Assembly: GCA_963849455.1 (NCBI GenBank)
Contig: CAWKHE010000002.1
Location: 1,488,011-1,552,010, forward strand
Origin: an uncultured Solirubrobacterales bacterium
Lineage (GTDB): Bacteria; Actinomycetota; Thermoleophilia; Solirubrobacterales; Solirubrobacteraceae
DNA length: 64,000 bases
Direction of reading: 5' to 3'
Made by a program: the position numbers and the translations under genes. Of the stretch, positions 9,498 to 20,458 are shown one piece after another (within the stretch, counting starts at the first letter, position 1; every line of letters starts with the position of its first letter). Under the pieces are notes generated by a model, which saw only the letters and a program-made list of their open reading frames with translations, did no database searches and was not told where the DNA came from.

Positions 9498-9953
9498 ATG
9501 ACCCGCTCGTTCATTCCGGATGACTACGTCGTTCCGCGCAGCCTCACCGGCCCGGGCTTCCGCCTAGAGCCGCTTGGACCCCAGCACAACGACGCCGACC
9601 ACCGCGCCTGGATGTCGAGCATCGATCACATCCAAGCCACTCCGGGTTTTTCAAATCGGCGATGGCCACCCGTTGAGGGAATGTCACTTGACGAGAACCT
9701 ACGCGACCTGCGAAGGCATGCCGACGACTTCGAGCGACGGGTCGGCTTCACCTACACCGTCCTCGATGACGAAGATGTCGTCGTCGGCTGCGTCTACATC
9801 TACCCATCGCGGACAGACGCCGACATCACCGAGGTGCGGTCCTGGGTCACCGCGAGGCGGGCAGAACTGGACTCCATGCTGCACGAGACCGTGGACAGCT
9901 GGCTCGCCGCCGACTGGCCGTTCACTGACGTCAGATACCGCAACCGGGTCTAA
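9498..9953 (+). CDS. GNAT-like N-acetyltransferase
   Basis: FRLEPLGPQHNDADHRAWMSS, GFTYTVLD..VVGCVYIYP. Confidence 0.7.
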   Translation: MTRSFIPDDYVVPRSLTGPGFRLEPLGPQHNDADHRAWMSSIDHIQATPGFSNRRWPPVEGMSLDENLRDLRRHADDFERRVGFTYTVLDDEDVVVGCVYIYPSRTDADITEVRSWVTARRAELDSMLHETVDSWLAADWPFTDVRYRNRV

Positions 9954-10031
9954 CCACCGCAACGAGTCCGAGCGCGACTCGGGCAGCGGCGGACGCGCGT
10001 TTTCGCGTGTGAGCGGGCGTCGATGGAAGTG

Positions 10032-10685
10032 TCAGGGGGTGGCGTCCGCCAGGAGTTGACTTTTCATCGTTCTCGTCAGCCAGCTGCGAAAGAGGGTCCG
10101 TGACCATCCGCGTCGCTCGACGAGGAGGTGGTGCAGGCCGGGGTCATTCAGGACCCAGAGGATGTCGGCGGCGCTGCTGGAGTCGAGCGTCGCGCGTAGG
10201 TGGCCGCGTCGTTGGAGTGCTGTGATCACGCGCCCCGCTCCGACGCGACGTTCGCTCTGTAGCTCATCCCAGAGCTCGGCGGCTTCGCGATCGGAGCCGG
10301 CCGCCGCGCGGATCGTCTCGTAGAGCGGTGATAGCCGCGGGGCGATTTCGGTGCACACCTGGGCGTACCCCTCAAGCAGCCGGGCAGGATCAGGTTCCGA
10401 TTGGATCTTGCGACTGCGTGCCTGTTGACCGAGGGGGGTATCCGGATGCTCGCCTCGCACCGCTGAGCGATAGGCCGCTCTGAGCAGGTCGGGCTTGCCC
10501 CCGACAGAGTTGAAGACGGTCGCGCGGCTGACGCCGGCTCTCTCGGCGACCGCTGCTGCTGTCGTAGCGGCGTAGCCACGCGCGGCGAAGAGGGTCGCCG
10601 CAGCCGCGATCACGTCCGACCGGGTGGCTTGCGCCTTGGAACGTCGGACGGGGCTGTCGTATGGCCGTTTGACTGGCTGTCCCAT
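10032..10685 (-). CDS. TetR/AcrR family transcriptional regulator
   Basis: RPYDSPVRR..AAATLFAARGYAATT..VAERAGVSRATVFNSVGGKPDLL HTH. Confidence 0.9.
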   Translation of the reverse strand: MGQPVKRPYDSPVRRSKAQATRSDVIAAAATLFAARGYAATTAAAVAERAGVSRATVFNSVGGKPDLLRAAYRSAVRGEHPDTPLGQQARSRKIQSEPDPARLLEGYAQVCTEIAPRLSPLYETIRAAAGSDREAAELWDELQSERRVGAGRVITALQRRGHLRATLDSSSAADILWVLNDPGLHHLLVERRGWSRTLFRSWLTRTMKSQLLADATP

Positions 10686-10690
10686 AATCG

Positions 10691-10707
10691 CTAGACTCAC
10701 AGTCTAG
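10691..10707. promoter_or_regulatory. Palindromic operator, probably of the adjacent TetR
   Basis: CTAGACT-cac-AGTCTAG perfect 7-3-7 dyad in the short divergent intergenic region. Confidence 0.75.
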
Positions 10708-10734
10708 TCAATAGTGCCGACGGAAAGAGCGCGC

Positions 10735-11181
10735 ATGGGACCGATCAAGAGCTCGATTGAGATCGACAGATCCACCGAGGATGTGTTTCGTTACACCGCA
10801 GACCCCGCGCTTCGCCGCGAGTGGCAGAGCACGGTCCGGGCCATCGAGGTCCAGAGTCAGGGCTCATTGGGAGCCGGCACCCGCGTCCGGGAAACCCGGG
10901 CCGTCACCGGCGGTGATCGAACGTTCGAGTGGGAGTACAACCTGTTCCGGGCGCCGAGTCTGTGGACCTTCAAGGGCCTGGGCGGGCCAGTGCGGCCGGT
11001 CGGCAGCATGACCTTCGCCGAATCGGATGGCATCTCGACGCACGTCGAGATGGAAATAGATTTCCAAGCCGACGGGATCGCTCGCGTGTTGGCGATGCTG
11101 GCCAGACGCGACGCGCGCAAGCAGATACCCCGGGAGCTATCGGCCCTCAAACAGCAGCTCGAAAGCTCCAAACCGGCGTAG
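10735..11181 (+). CDS. SRPBCC (polyketide cyclase/START-like) family protein
   Basis: SIEIDRSTEDVFRYTADP..REWQ, GAGTRVRETR, C-terminal helix ELSALKQQLE. Confidence 0.85.
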   Translation: MGPIKSSIEIDRSTEDVFRYTADPALRREWQSTVRAIEVQSQGSLGAGTRVRETRAVTGGDRTFEWEYNLFRAPSLWTFKGLGGPVRPVGSMTFAESDGISTHVEMEIDFQADGIARVLAMLARRDARKQIPRELSALKQQLESSKPA

Positions 11182-11794
11182 TGCATTCTTCTACCGCGGA
11201 CGGGCCCGTGATAGGCGGAGCCGGTACGGGTGCTCCGCGGTGGAGGTCGCGCTCGGTCCACGAGCAGCTCGAGCGGGCGCGGCCCGACAACCCCAGCGCC
11301 AGCGCACGCCAGCTGGCCTAAGCCTTCCAGGTGCTCGTGTGCGGACATTGCGACCTCGGAGCCTGAGCCTCCATCGAGGTGACCGTTCCTCGTGGGAAAG
11401 TCCCGGCTTGTATTCGTGCCGTCGGACCGTAGACTGAAGCCGACAAGGTCACTCGCCGCTTCTGCGAATCCGCTTCGCGCAGGGCCACCGCGGCTGCGCC
11501 ACGGCAACCTCACGGACAGTTTCGTCCCGAGCCTTAGAGAGCCGGTCTCGACGTAGTCGCTCGGAACCCCCGCGGGTAGTCCGGAAGCGCAAGGAGGTTC
11601 CATGGTTCTCAAGTCGTCGGTCGAGCGGCGGCGACCGTGACGGGGGCAGATCGCTCCGCGAGCGCCCGGGCAGGCTGCGAAGCTGAACTGATGTCTGGTC
11701 CGAGCACGGCGGACCAGGACGGGTCCCGTCGACAGGGGTCGCCGCGGGAGTCGCACACACTTCGTGCTCAGGGCAGGGCGGCATCTCGGGGCGT

Positions 11795-12725
11795 TTGCCA
11801 GCTCGCCAGCGCGGTCCGCTGACCGTGCTCGGAACGCTGCTCGCAGTGGGCGTGCTCGTGTTGGTTCTGGCCGGCCGCTGGGGACAGTTCGCGAGCGCCG
11901 CCACCGGCGCGCCGTGGTGGGCGCTGACGGCCGCGGCGGCGCTACAGATCGCGTCGCTGCTGGCGCGCAGCGAGTCATGGAATATCTGCGTGCACGCTGC
12001 CGGCGGCACCGTCGACCGCCGGCGCCTATACCGCGCTGCCGGCGTCGGCTACCTCGGCAACATCGTCAACGGCGAGCTGGGGTTCGCCGTGCGTATCGCG
12101 TCACTGCGGCGTGCGGCACCCCGGGAGACCCCCAGGGCAGTGGTCCTCGCGGCCACCGAGATACCGATCGTGCTGACGGAAGTCGCGCTCGCGACGCTGT
12201 TCTCGTTCACGCTTGTCGCCCCCCTGGGTTTGCCGTGGTGGACACCGCTCGTCACCTTCTGCGCGGTTCTCGCCCTCGTCGCAGGGCTCGCCCGACTCGC
12301 CCGACGCCACCCGAGCGGCTGGTGGAAGGGTCTCACCGCGCTGGGCGAGCCGCGCGCCCGCGCACGCGTCGCGGTCTTCGTTGCCCTCGCGGTCATGCGC
12401 GCAGATCGCGCGCAACTGGCTGATGCTGTACGCCAGCGGCATCCACGCCTCTGTGTTCGACGCGACCGCGGTGCTGATCGCCGTCGCGGTGCTCGGTGTG
12501 CTGCCGGTCGGCCCCGGCGTCGGTGCGGCGGCGATGGTCCTGATCCTCGGGTCCAACGGTGTAGCCGGCGTCAGCGCCGCCGGCGTGCTGCTGACCGCAA
12601 CCGGCACGGTCGGCGCGCTCGCCTACGGGGGCTGGGCGCTGGTCGACGGCTTCTGGACGAGGCGAAGAGCCAGGCTGCGGCTTCGCGCCCCCGGGCCAGC
12701 CGAGCGAGCGCCGGCCTTGACCTAG
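11795..12725 (+). CDS. Lysylphosphatidylglycerol-synthase TM (flippase-like) membrane protein, frameshift near 12395
   Basis: Multiple TM segments; LARSESW..YRAAGVGYLGNIVNGELG; C-terminal GVLPVGPGVGAA in a second frame; start uncertain. Confidence 0.65.
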
Positions 12726-12833
12726 TGAAATGGGTCGCCAACGCGGACTCCTGACAGTGCTCTGCGGGACGAGCGGGACGCTGACAACCCAGGCCCCGGC
12801 CGAGCACATCGCTCGCCCTGCCCGATGGCAGGG

Positions 12834-14082
12834 TCACCAGTCGTGGACGGTGCCGTCGGCGAGTCGGTTGTAAGGAAGGTACGCTCGCTGATACGGGTAC
12901 TTCGCGGCGGCCTCCAGATCCAGTTCGACACCGAGGCCGGGGTTGTCTCCGGGGTGCAGGGAGCCGTCGGCGAAGGTGTATGACTGCTCGAAGACGTCAT
13001 TCGTGAGCGTGCCGTGCGGCATGTACTCCTGGATCCCGAAGTTGTGGATCGCGAGGCCTAGGTGGAGGGCCGCGGCCATGCCCACCGGGGAGACGTCGGT
13101 CGGGCCGTGCATGCCGGACTTGATCTGGTACAGGGCGGCATACTCGAGCAGCTTCTTCAAATGGGTGATGCCGCCGGTGTGCGTGACGGCGCTGCGCACA
13201 TAGTCGATCAGCTGCTCGCGGATCAGGGTCTGGTAGTCCCAGACCGTGTTGAAGATCTCCCCGATCGCCAGCGGCGTCGTCGTGTGCGCTCGCACCAGGC
13301 GCAGCGCCTCCTGGTTCTCCGCCGGAGTGCAGTCCTCCAGCCAGAACAGGTCATAGGGTTCGAGGCTCTTGCCGAGCTGAGCGGCCTGGATCGGCGTCAT
13401 GCGGTGGTGACCGTCGTGCAGCAGTGGCAGTTCGGGCCGAATTCGCCGCGCACCGCCTCGAAGACAGTCGGAACGTGGCGCAAGTAGGCACGGGTGTCCC
13501 AGTCTCCTGCACGGGCAGGTCGCTTCGCGCGGGCCGGCTCGTAGTCGTAGCGGCCCCGCTGCCCGCTCCGGCGCCGGCGGCAGCGTTGGCGCTCGAGGCG
13601 ACGCCGTAGACGCTCGGCAGTCCCGGGACGCCGGTCTGGACCCGGATGGCGCGGTACCCCTCGTCCAGGTGCTGCTGGATCGAGCCGAACAGCTCGGGGA
13701 GGTCCTGCCCGCTGGCGTGCCCGTAGGCGAGCAGGCCGTCGCGGCTGGCCCCGCCGAGGAGCTGATAGAGCGGCATTCCCGCCGCCTTGGCCTTGATGTC
13801 CCAGAGAGCCACGTCGACGGCGGCGATCGCGGCCATCGTGACCGGGCCGCGTCGCCAGTACCCGCCGCGATAGAGGAACTGCCAGGTGTCTTCGATGCGC
13901 TGCGCGTCGCGCCCGATCAGCAGCGGAGCGACATGCTCGCGCAGGTAGCTGACGACGGCGAGTTCACGCCCGTTCAGGGTGCCGTCCCCGAGACCTACGA
14001 CGCCGTCGTCGGTCTCCAGCCGCAACGTCACGAAGTTGCGGTCCGGGCTGGTGACTATGACCGCGGCCTTTTCGATCCTCAT
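12834..14082 (-). CDS. manD: D-mannonate dehydratase ManD/RspA (enolase superfamily), frameshifted around 13400-13560
   Basis: [78 protein letters not shown]. Confidence 0.9.
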
Positions 14083-14161
14083 GCTCTCTCGCCTCGTCGT
14101 CCCGGCGCTACGGCGCCGCCGCTCATCGTATGGCGTTCCATGCCATGCTTGGCCTTCGACA

Positions 14162-15558
14162 GTGTCCGCCTCGTCGAGCCTTCATCCAGACCGCTTGCTG
14201 CCCGGCGATCCTGCGGCGCTTCCGATCGCCCGCCGGCTGTACGAGCAGGTCGCAGACGCTCCGATCATCTCGCCCCACGGACACGTGCCGGCGCAGCTGC
14301 TCGTCGACAACCAAGCTTTTGGAGATCCCGCCTCACTGTTCGTGAGCCCTGATCACTACATCACGCGTCAGCTGCACGCGCTCGGCGTCCCGCTCGAGGG
14401 GCTCGACACCGGCCGCGGCGCCGATCCACGCGCGGTCTGGCGAACGCTGGCCGGGCACATGCACGCGTTCGCCGGTACCGCCTCCTCGTATTGGCTGCGA
14501 GACGAGCTGGCGACCGTGCTCGGCATCGATGAGGAGCTGACCGCTGCCAACGCCGACGAGCTGTTCGACGTCCTGTCGGCGCGGCTGGGAGAGCCCGAGT
14601 ACCGCCCGCGGGCGCTGTTAGAGCGCTTCCACATCGAGGTGTTGGCAACCACCGACGACCCGCTCGACTCGCTCGATGCCCATCGGGCCCTCCGAGAGGA
14701 CCCCTCGTTCGATCGGCGGGTAGTGCCGACCTTCCGCCCAGACGTCTATATCGATCCCGCGGCGCCAGGCTTCCGGGAAAACGTCGAGCGACTTATCGCG
14801 GTGACCTCCTGCCCGGCGACGTTCACCGGCTATCTGGCCGCGTTACGCGCGCGACGCGAGCACTTCATAGCTCACGGTGCGGTGTCTGCTGACGTCGGGG
14901 TCACCGACCCGACCACGCTCGACCTCGGTGCCGCGGAGGCGGATCACCTCTTCCAGAAGGTTCTGGCCGGCGCCGCGACTCGCGCTCAGCAGGCCGCCCT
15001 TCAGGCTCACGTCCTGCTGCAACTCGCCGCGATGTCGGTGGAGGACGGCCTGGTGCTGACGGTCCACGCCGGCGTCTATCGCAACCACAGCCCACTCACC
15101 TACGAGCGCTTCGGCCCCGACACCGGTCACGACATCCCTGTAGGCACATCGTTCACCCGCGAACTCAAGCCGCTGCTTGACCGGTTCGGCCTCGAGCCGG
15201 GCTTTCATCTCCTCCTGTTCACCGTTGACGAGACCACCTACTCACGCGAACTCGCGCCGCTCGCTGGCTTCTACCCCAGCGTCTACGTCGGCGCGCCGTG
15301 GTGGTTTCTCGATGCTCCCGACGCGATCCTGCGCTGGCGCGAGGCGATCACCGAGACAGCGGGCTTCTACCGCACCTCCGGCTTCGTCGACGACACCCGC
15401 GCGTTCTGTCGATCCCCGTCCGGCACGACGTGGCGCGACGCACCGACGCCGCCTTCCTGGCCCGCTACGTGCAACAGGGACGAATCTCGCTGGCGACCGC
15501 CGAGCGCATCGCTGCCGATCTAGTCGACACGATCCCGCGTACCGCGTTCAAGCTGTGA
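14162..15558 (+). CDS. uxaC: Glucuronate isomerase (frameshift near 15410)
   Basis: [59 protein letters not shown] then [11 protein letters not shown]. Confidence 0.92.
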
Positions 15559-15584
15559 GCGCCTAGTAGGAGGGGTGCTGGCGA

Positions 15585-16964
15585 GTGGCAAACGATAAGC
15601 CTCGGCTCTCCCGTGCGCGTGCGCGGGAGCTGGGAATACGGTCACAGCTCGCGCCCGCCCGCATCGTGCACTTCGGGCTCGGGAACTTTCACCGCGCGCA
15701 TCAAGCCTGGTACACGGCGCGGTCCGCCGACGCCGCTGGCTGGGGCATCGCGGCGTTCACTGGTCGCAGCCCAGCCGCGGCCCGCGAGCTCGCCGAACAG
15801 GACGGCCTGTACACGCTGGTGCAGCGCGGCCCGTCTGCTGACCGGGTAGAGGTCCTAACCAGCCTGGTGGAAACGGTGGACGGTGCGGACGTCGGTCGGC
15901 TCCTGGAGCTGCTCGAGGACGCTGCGATCGCGCTCGTCACGATCACCGTAACCGAGGTCGGCTACCGGCTGCTTCCGGACGGCTCTCCGGATCCAGGCGA
16001 CGACGAGCTCGCGGCTGACCTGACCATGCTGCGGACCGCGACGGCAACTGGCGCATCGCTGCGTGGCCTGACCCCGACGACGATGCTCGGACGTCTGCTG
16101 ACTGGATTGGAGGCGCGCCGACGTCAGGAGTTGCCGCCATTGGCCGTCGTGCCCTGTGACAACGTCCCCGCCAACGGCGCCTACGTGCAGACGGGCGTGC
16201 TGGCTGCAGCGCTCACGGTCAGCCCGGAGCTGCACAGTTGGGTCGGGGCGAACATTTCGTTCGTGTCGACGTCTGTGGATCGGATCACTCCCAGGGTGAC
16301 TCCCGAAGACCGCGAACAGCTGAACTCCGTTCTTGACTGGGTCGATGGAGCCCCGGTCGTGACAGAGCCGTTTCACGACTGGATCCTCGCGGGCACGTTC
16401 CCGAGGGGCCGGCCACGCTGGGAAGACGCCGGCGCCCGCTATGTCGAGGACATCGAGCCTTGGGAACAGCGCAAGCTCTGGCTGCTCAACGGTGCCCACA
16501 CCCTGCTCGCATTTGGAGGGCTCCTGCTAGGTCATCGAACAGTCGCCGAGGCGATCAACGATCCCTGGCTGCGGTCTGCGGTGGAGCTGCTGTGGGCCGA
16601 TGCGTCGCGACAGCTTCCGACGAACCTGAACCTCCCGGGTTACTGCGCAGCCCTTTGCGAACGGTTCTCGAACTCACGGATCGAGCACCGACTGACCCAG
16701 ATCGCCGAGGACGGCACCGAGAAACTGCGGCTGCGGATCGTCCCGGTCTGCGTGGCTGAGCTCGACGACGGCCGGCTTCCGGCCGGTGGCGCGCTCGCGG
16801 TCGCCGCGTGGGTCGCCTCCGACCCGGCGCGCCTCGCCGATCCGGAGCGTGCGCTCGCGGCGCTCGAGCCGGCGCTGACAGATTCTGAGCAGGCCGCCGG
16901 GTTCGCTGCGGCGGTCCAGGAGGGCATCGCTGAGTTGCGCTCGCGGTCTGCCGGAGGCGCATAA
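15585..16964 (+). CDS. uxuB: Mannitol-dehydrogenase family, likely D-mannonate oxidoreductase
   Basis: IVHFGLGNFHRAHQAWY, PCDN, VDRITP, KLWLLNGAH, RFSN..IAEDG; follows uxaC. Confidence 0.85.
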   Translation: MANDKPRLSRARARELGIRSQLAPARIVHFGLGNFHRAHQAWYTARSADAAGWGIAAFTGRSPAAARELAEQDGLYTLVQRGPSADRVEVLTSLVETVDGADVGRLLELLEDAAIALVTITVTEVGYRLLPDGSPDPGDDELAADLTMLRTATATGASLRGLTPTTMLGRLLTGLEARRRQELPPLAVVPCDNVPANGAYVQTGVLAAALTVSPELHSWVGANISFVSTSVDRITPRVTPEDREQLNSVLDWVDGAPVVTEPFHDWILAGTFPRGRPRWEDAGARYVEDIEPWEQRKLWLLNGAHTLLAFGGLLLGHRTVAEAINDPWLRSAVELLWADASRQLPTNLNLPGYCAALCERFSNSRIEHRLTQIAEDGTEKLRLRIVPVCVAELDDGRLPAGGALAVAAWVASDPARLADPERALAALEPALTDSEQAAGFAAAVQEGIAELRSRSAGGA

Positions 16965-17201
16965 CGGGGCCACATCCGCTACCGCTCGTTCCGGGCCGCA
17001 TTTAGGAGTAGTGTGGCTGTCGGTGCCGGTCCTGCGGGCCAGAATTCGCAGCTCATGCCCGAATGCCACCAACGGCGCTTCCTGCGCCACGCGGCGGGAG
17101 GTGTGGGACGCTGTTTTGCCTGCGGGGCCGGGGGGCCACCTCCGCTTCGTCGCCCCGGTGGCCGGGGACCACGCGGTCGCCCCCGGTGGGTCTGTGCTCG
17201 T

Positions 17202-18804
17202 CTACAAGCGCGCGCCGAGGTGGGCGTGGACGAGTTGAACGGCCCAGGCTCCTTCTCCGACGGCGGTGGCACATCGCTTGGTCGAGCCCGAGCGGACGTC
17301 GCCGGCGGCGAACACGCCCGGCACGGTGGTCTGGAGCAGGTTGTCGGCTCCGACAGCGGCACCGGTGAGGATGAATCCGTCGTCGTCGCGTCCAACCACG
17401 GTGCCGAGCCAGTCGGTGCAGGGCATTGCCCCCAGGAACAGGAACAGGAACGAGAACCGCAGGCGGTCCCCGTCGTTTAGCGTGACCGCGTTCAGTTGTC
17501 CGTCGGAGCCATGGAGTGCGGCGATCTCGCTTCGGTCGCGCACCAGGACCCCGGACTGCTCGAGCTCGCGCACCAGGTAGTCAGACATCGTCTCCCGTAT
17601 ATCCGCGCGCCGATGCAGCAGCGTGACCAGTGCGCCCCCACGAGCGAGCCAGACCGCGGCCTGCCCGGCAGAGTTCCCGCCGCCTACGACCGCCACCCGC
17701 TCGGCCCCGCAGAGCTGCGCCTCCGGCGGACCCGCGGCGTAGAACACGCTGATGCCTTCGAACTGGTCGAGATCGTCGACGGGCAGCCGGCGGTACTGGG
17801 CGCCCGTGGCGATCACGACGGCGCGGGCGGCGAGCTCGTGATCCTCCTCGAGCCGTATGGTGTGGCGACCGTCTCCGGGCTCCAGCGACAACGCGCGAAA
17901 CGGAGTCGCCAGTCGCGCGTTGAACTTCCGCGCTTGGGTCACGGCGCGGCTGGTCAGCTCTGAGCCGCTCAGACCGGCAGGGAACCCGAGGTAGTTCTCG
18001 ATCCTGCGCGACGTACCCGCTTGACCGCCCAGGCCGCTGCTGTCGACGACGAGTGTTTCCAGGCCCTCGGAAGCGCCATACACGGCGGCGCCAAGGCCGG
18101 CGGGACCGGCGCCCACGACAAGCAGGTCGACCTCCTCCCGAGGGGCCAGCTCGCGGCCGATGCCCAGCGCGCGGGAGACCTGACCTGGCGACGGGCCTTC
18201 GAGCTCCGCGCCGCCGGGAAGCCGGACCAGCGGCAGCCTGGCCTCGCTCGAGGTCCGCGACGAGCGCGGCAGCCGCTGGATCGTCAGCATGCTCGGTGTC
18301 GCGCCACGTCAGGGGCAGACGGTTGCTGCGTGCAAAATCGAGCATCCGCATCGTCGCCTTCGACGTGTGCGGCCCGACGATCTCGACGCCGAGCCCCTGG
18401 ACTCGCTGAAGCGCTTCGCGCCTGGCGATGAACGCCGACAGCACGAGGTCACTGAGCGGCCCGTCCTCGTAGAGGAGCGTCCGCAGCACCTCACGCTCGA
18501 CGGCGATGTAACGCAGCGGCGTCGTGACGACGGCCGTGACAAACACAGTCTGGCCCGAGAGCAGGTTCAGTTCACCGAGGAAGCCAGACGCCCCGTGACG
18601 GACGATCTCGCCTCCGGCGGCATCGAGGATTGTCACCTCGCCCTCGATGATGGCCATGAACGGATAGTCACGATCGCCAACCTGGTACAGCACGTCACCG
18701 ACATCGGCCGTGCGCTCCTCACCCAGTTCGGCGAGCCTGCTCAGCTGCGAGGAAGACAGCGTCGGACTCGGCGGGGGCACGACTGGACTAACCGACTGTT
18801 CCAT
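17202..18804 (-). CDS. cNMP-binding domain fused to thioredoxin-reductase-like FAD oxidoreductase (frameshift near 18250)
   Basis: N-terminal GDVLYQVGD..GFLGELNLL cNMP fold; VVGAGPAGL, GGQAGTSRRIENYLGFP, GGGNSAGQAA, GVFAAGDVR. Confidence 0.9.
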
Positions 18805-19234
18805 CAGACCTCCTGCCCATGCTCGACGTAGCTGTGTAGCGCGCTCGCGACGCGCTCAAGGATCTCCTTGGACAGGCCGCGATCATCGACGGCCCGGGCG
18901 AGGACGAGCGCTCCGACGAGCGCCGCGAGAATCAGATGCGCCTGGTCGCGGTCCGGGCAAGTTCGGTCAGCAGCTCGATGTAGCTGAGCACCTGTCGTGA
19001 ATATGCCGCCCGGGCGGGCGCGCCACACCGGGGAGAGGAGGCCTCGGCGATGGCCTCCGCGACAAGCTCATCGCGAGAGTCGAAGTGCCGGTAGAAGCCG
19101 CCGTGCGTCAATCCGACCTGCTTCATCAGCTCGGCCACGCTGATATTGCCGATCCCATCGCGGCGAACGCGACGCGAGGCCACCTTGATGATCCGCTCGT
19201 GGCTGGCGGCCTTATCTGCTTGAGAGCTGCCCAC
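18804..19234 (-). pseudogene. TetR family regulator, apparently internally deleted and frameshifted
   Basis: MGSSQADKAASHERII..GLTHGGFYRHFDSRDELVAEA HTH joins almost directly to RAAYSRQV and ALVGALVLARAVDD; only about 430 nt. Confidence 0.65.
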
Positions 19235-19440
19235 GGCGCTAGCCGTTCCTTTCCTCCGCTGGTGATCTTTTCCACAGGTTAGATCAGGCCGATCATCCTG
19301 ATTCTGGATCGAGTGGGTCGCAACAGTCCTCGACAAGGAGGCGTCTGTTCGGCGCGCTGGACGGCATCGTGGTAGACGGATAGGCGTGACGTGCGTGGAT
19401 CTCGAATTCCTGAACAGATCGGAGCTGCGAGTTGCTCACC

Positions 19441-19944
19441 ATGGCAGTCGATTGGGGTGAGGTCACGGCGATCGCGACCTCGGTCTTGGCGATCGGCCTT
19501 CTCGGGGGCATCGGCGCTGCGGTGTTCGCAGCGCAGCAGGTGCGAGAGGCGCGAAGAAGTCGGGAGGCCCAGATGGCGGCCGAGTTCTTTCGCCGCTGGA
19601 ACGAGGACGCCCTCGTGGAGACACGGCGGATGGTTGCCCGGTTCGCATCGGCCGAGGAGTTGCGTGAGGCATATACCGCTTATGTGGCCCGCGATGCCGA
19701 CGAGGCCTGGGTGCTGTACCGGGAGCTCGATTACTTCGAGCAGCTGGCCGCGCTCGAGAGCCAGGGTGCGTTCGACCTCCAGCTGATCAAGCTGATGCTG
19801 GGACGGACGCTGATCGATCGGTGGGAGCTATGGAAGCCAGCGGTCCACGAAGCGCACGGGCCGGGCACCTACCCCATGCTCGAGAGTCTGGTTGAAAAGC
19901 TGAGGCGCGAGCTGGGCGAGGACACCGCTGCCGGAAGGCGCTGA
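19441..19944 (+). CDS. Hypothetical protein with N-terminal TM helix (DUF4760-like)
   Basis: Intact ORF; TM then QQVREARRSR..FFRRWN..LDYFEQLA. Confidence 0.6.
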   Translation: MAVDWGEVTAIATSVLAIGLLGGIGAAVFAAQQVREARRSREAQMAAEFFRRWNEDALVETRRMVARFASAEELREAYTAYVARDADEAWVLYRELDYFEQLAALESQGAFDLQLIKLMLGRTLIDRWELWKPAVHEAHGPGTYPMLESLVEKLRRELGEDTAAGRR

Positions 19945-20117
19945 GCGAGTCAGGGCTGATGGGCCGGCCTATCTGTTGCTGCTGACGAGCCTTCCCGTCG
20001 TCGGACTCGCGCTCGCAGAGGCTCAGCGCTAAAAACAGGAGCAGGCGGAACCCGCGCCGGGCCACTCGTGAACAAGACTCGCGTCACGACGCCAGAACCC
20101 GCAGCAAAGGACGAGCC

Positions 20118-20312
20118 ATGAGAGCACATATCGAAATTTCACACGCTGAATTTGCCCGGGTGCTCCGGCGCGCGGGGTACCCAGCGGAGGAAATCGAGAA
20201 GATCGCCGCACAGCTGCCAGATCCAATCGATGTCGACCGCGACTCGGAGATCCTCGCGCGCAACGGCCTCTCGCGTGCGCACCTGATGAGCCGAATGGGC
20301 GCAAGTCCCTAA
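20118..20312 (+). CDS. Small hypothetical protein (64 aa)
   Basis: ATG with AAGGA upstream; protein-like composition (LPDPIDVDRD..LMSRMGASP). Confidence 0.6.
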   Translation: MRAHIEISHAEFARVLRRAGYPAEEIEKIAAQLPDPIDVDRDSEILARNGLSRAHLMSRMGASP

Positions 20313-20458
20313 CCGCGGGATTACATATCGCGCGTCCATCCCGGCGCCCGGAAAGGAGGGCGCTCGCCATCGCTGCGGGCTGACGGTTTACGGCCGGCGC
20401 AGTGGACTTCGCCCGTAGGGGTCGCGCAGCCGGGGCGCGATCGACCTACGCTGATGCG

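Noticed and set aside
10857-11978. 373-aa and 186-aa minus-strand ORFs across the 11.2-11.8 kb gap
   Set aside because: They overlap supported plus-strand genes and have no recognisable domain.
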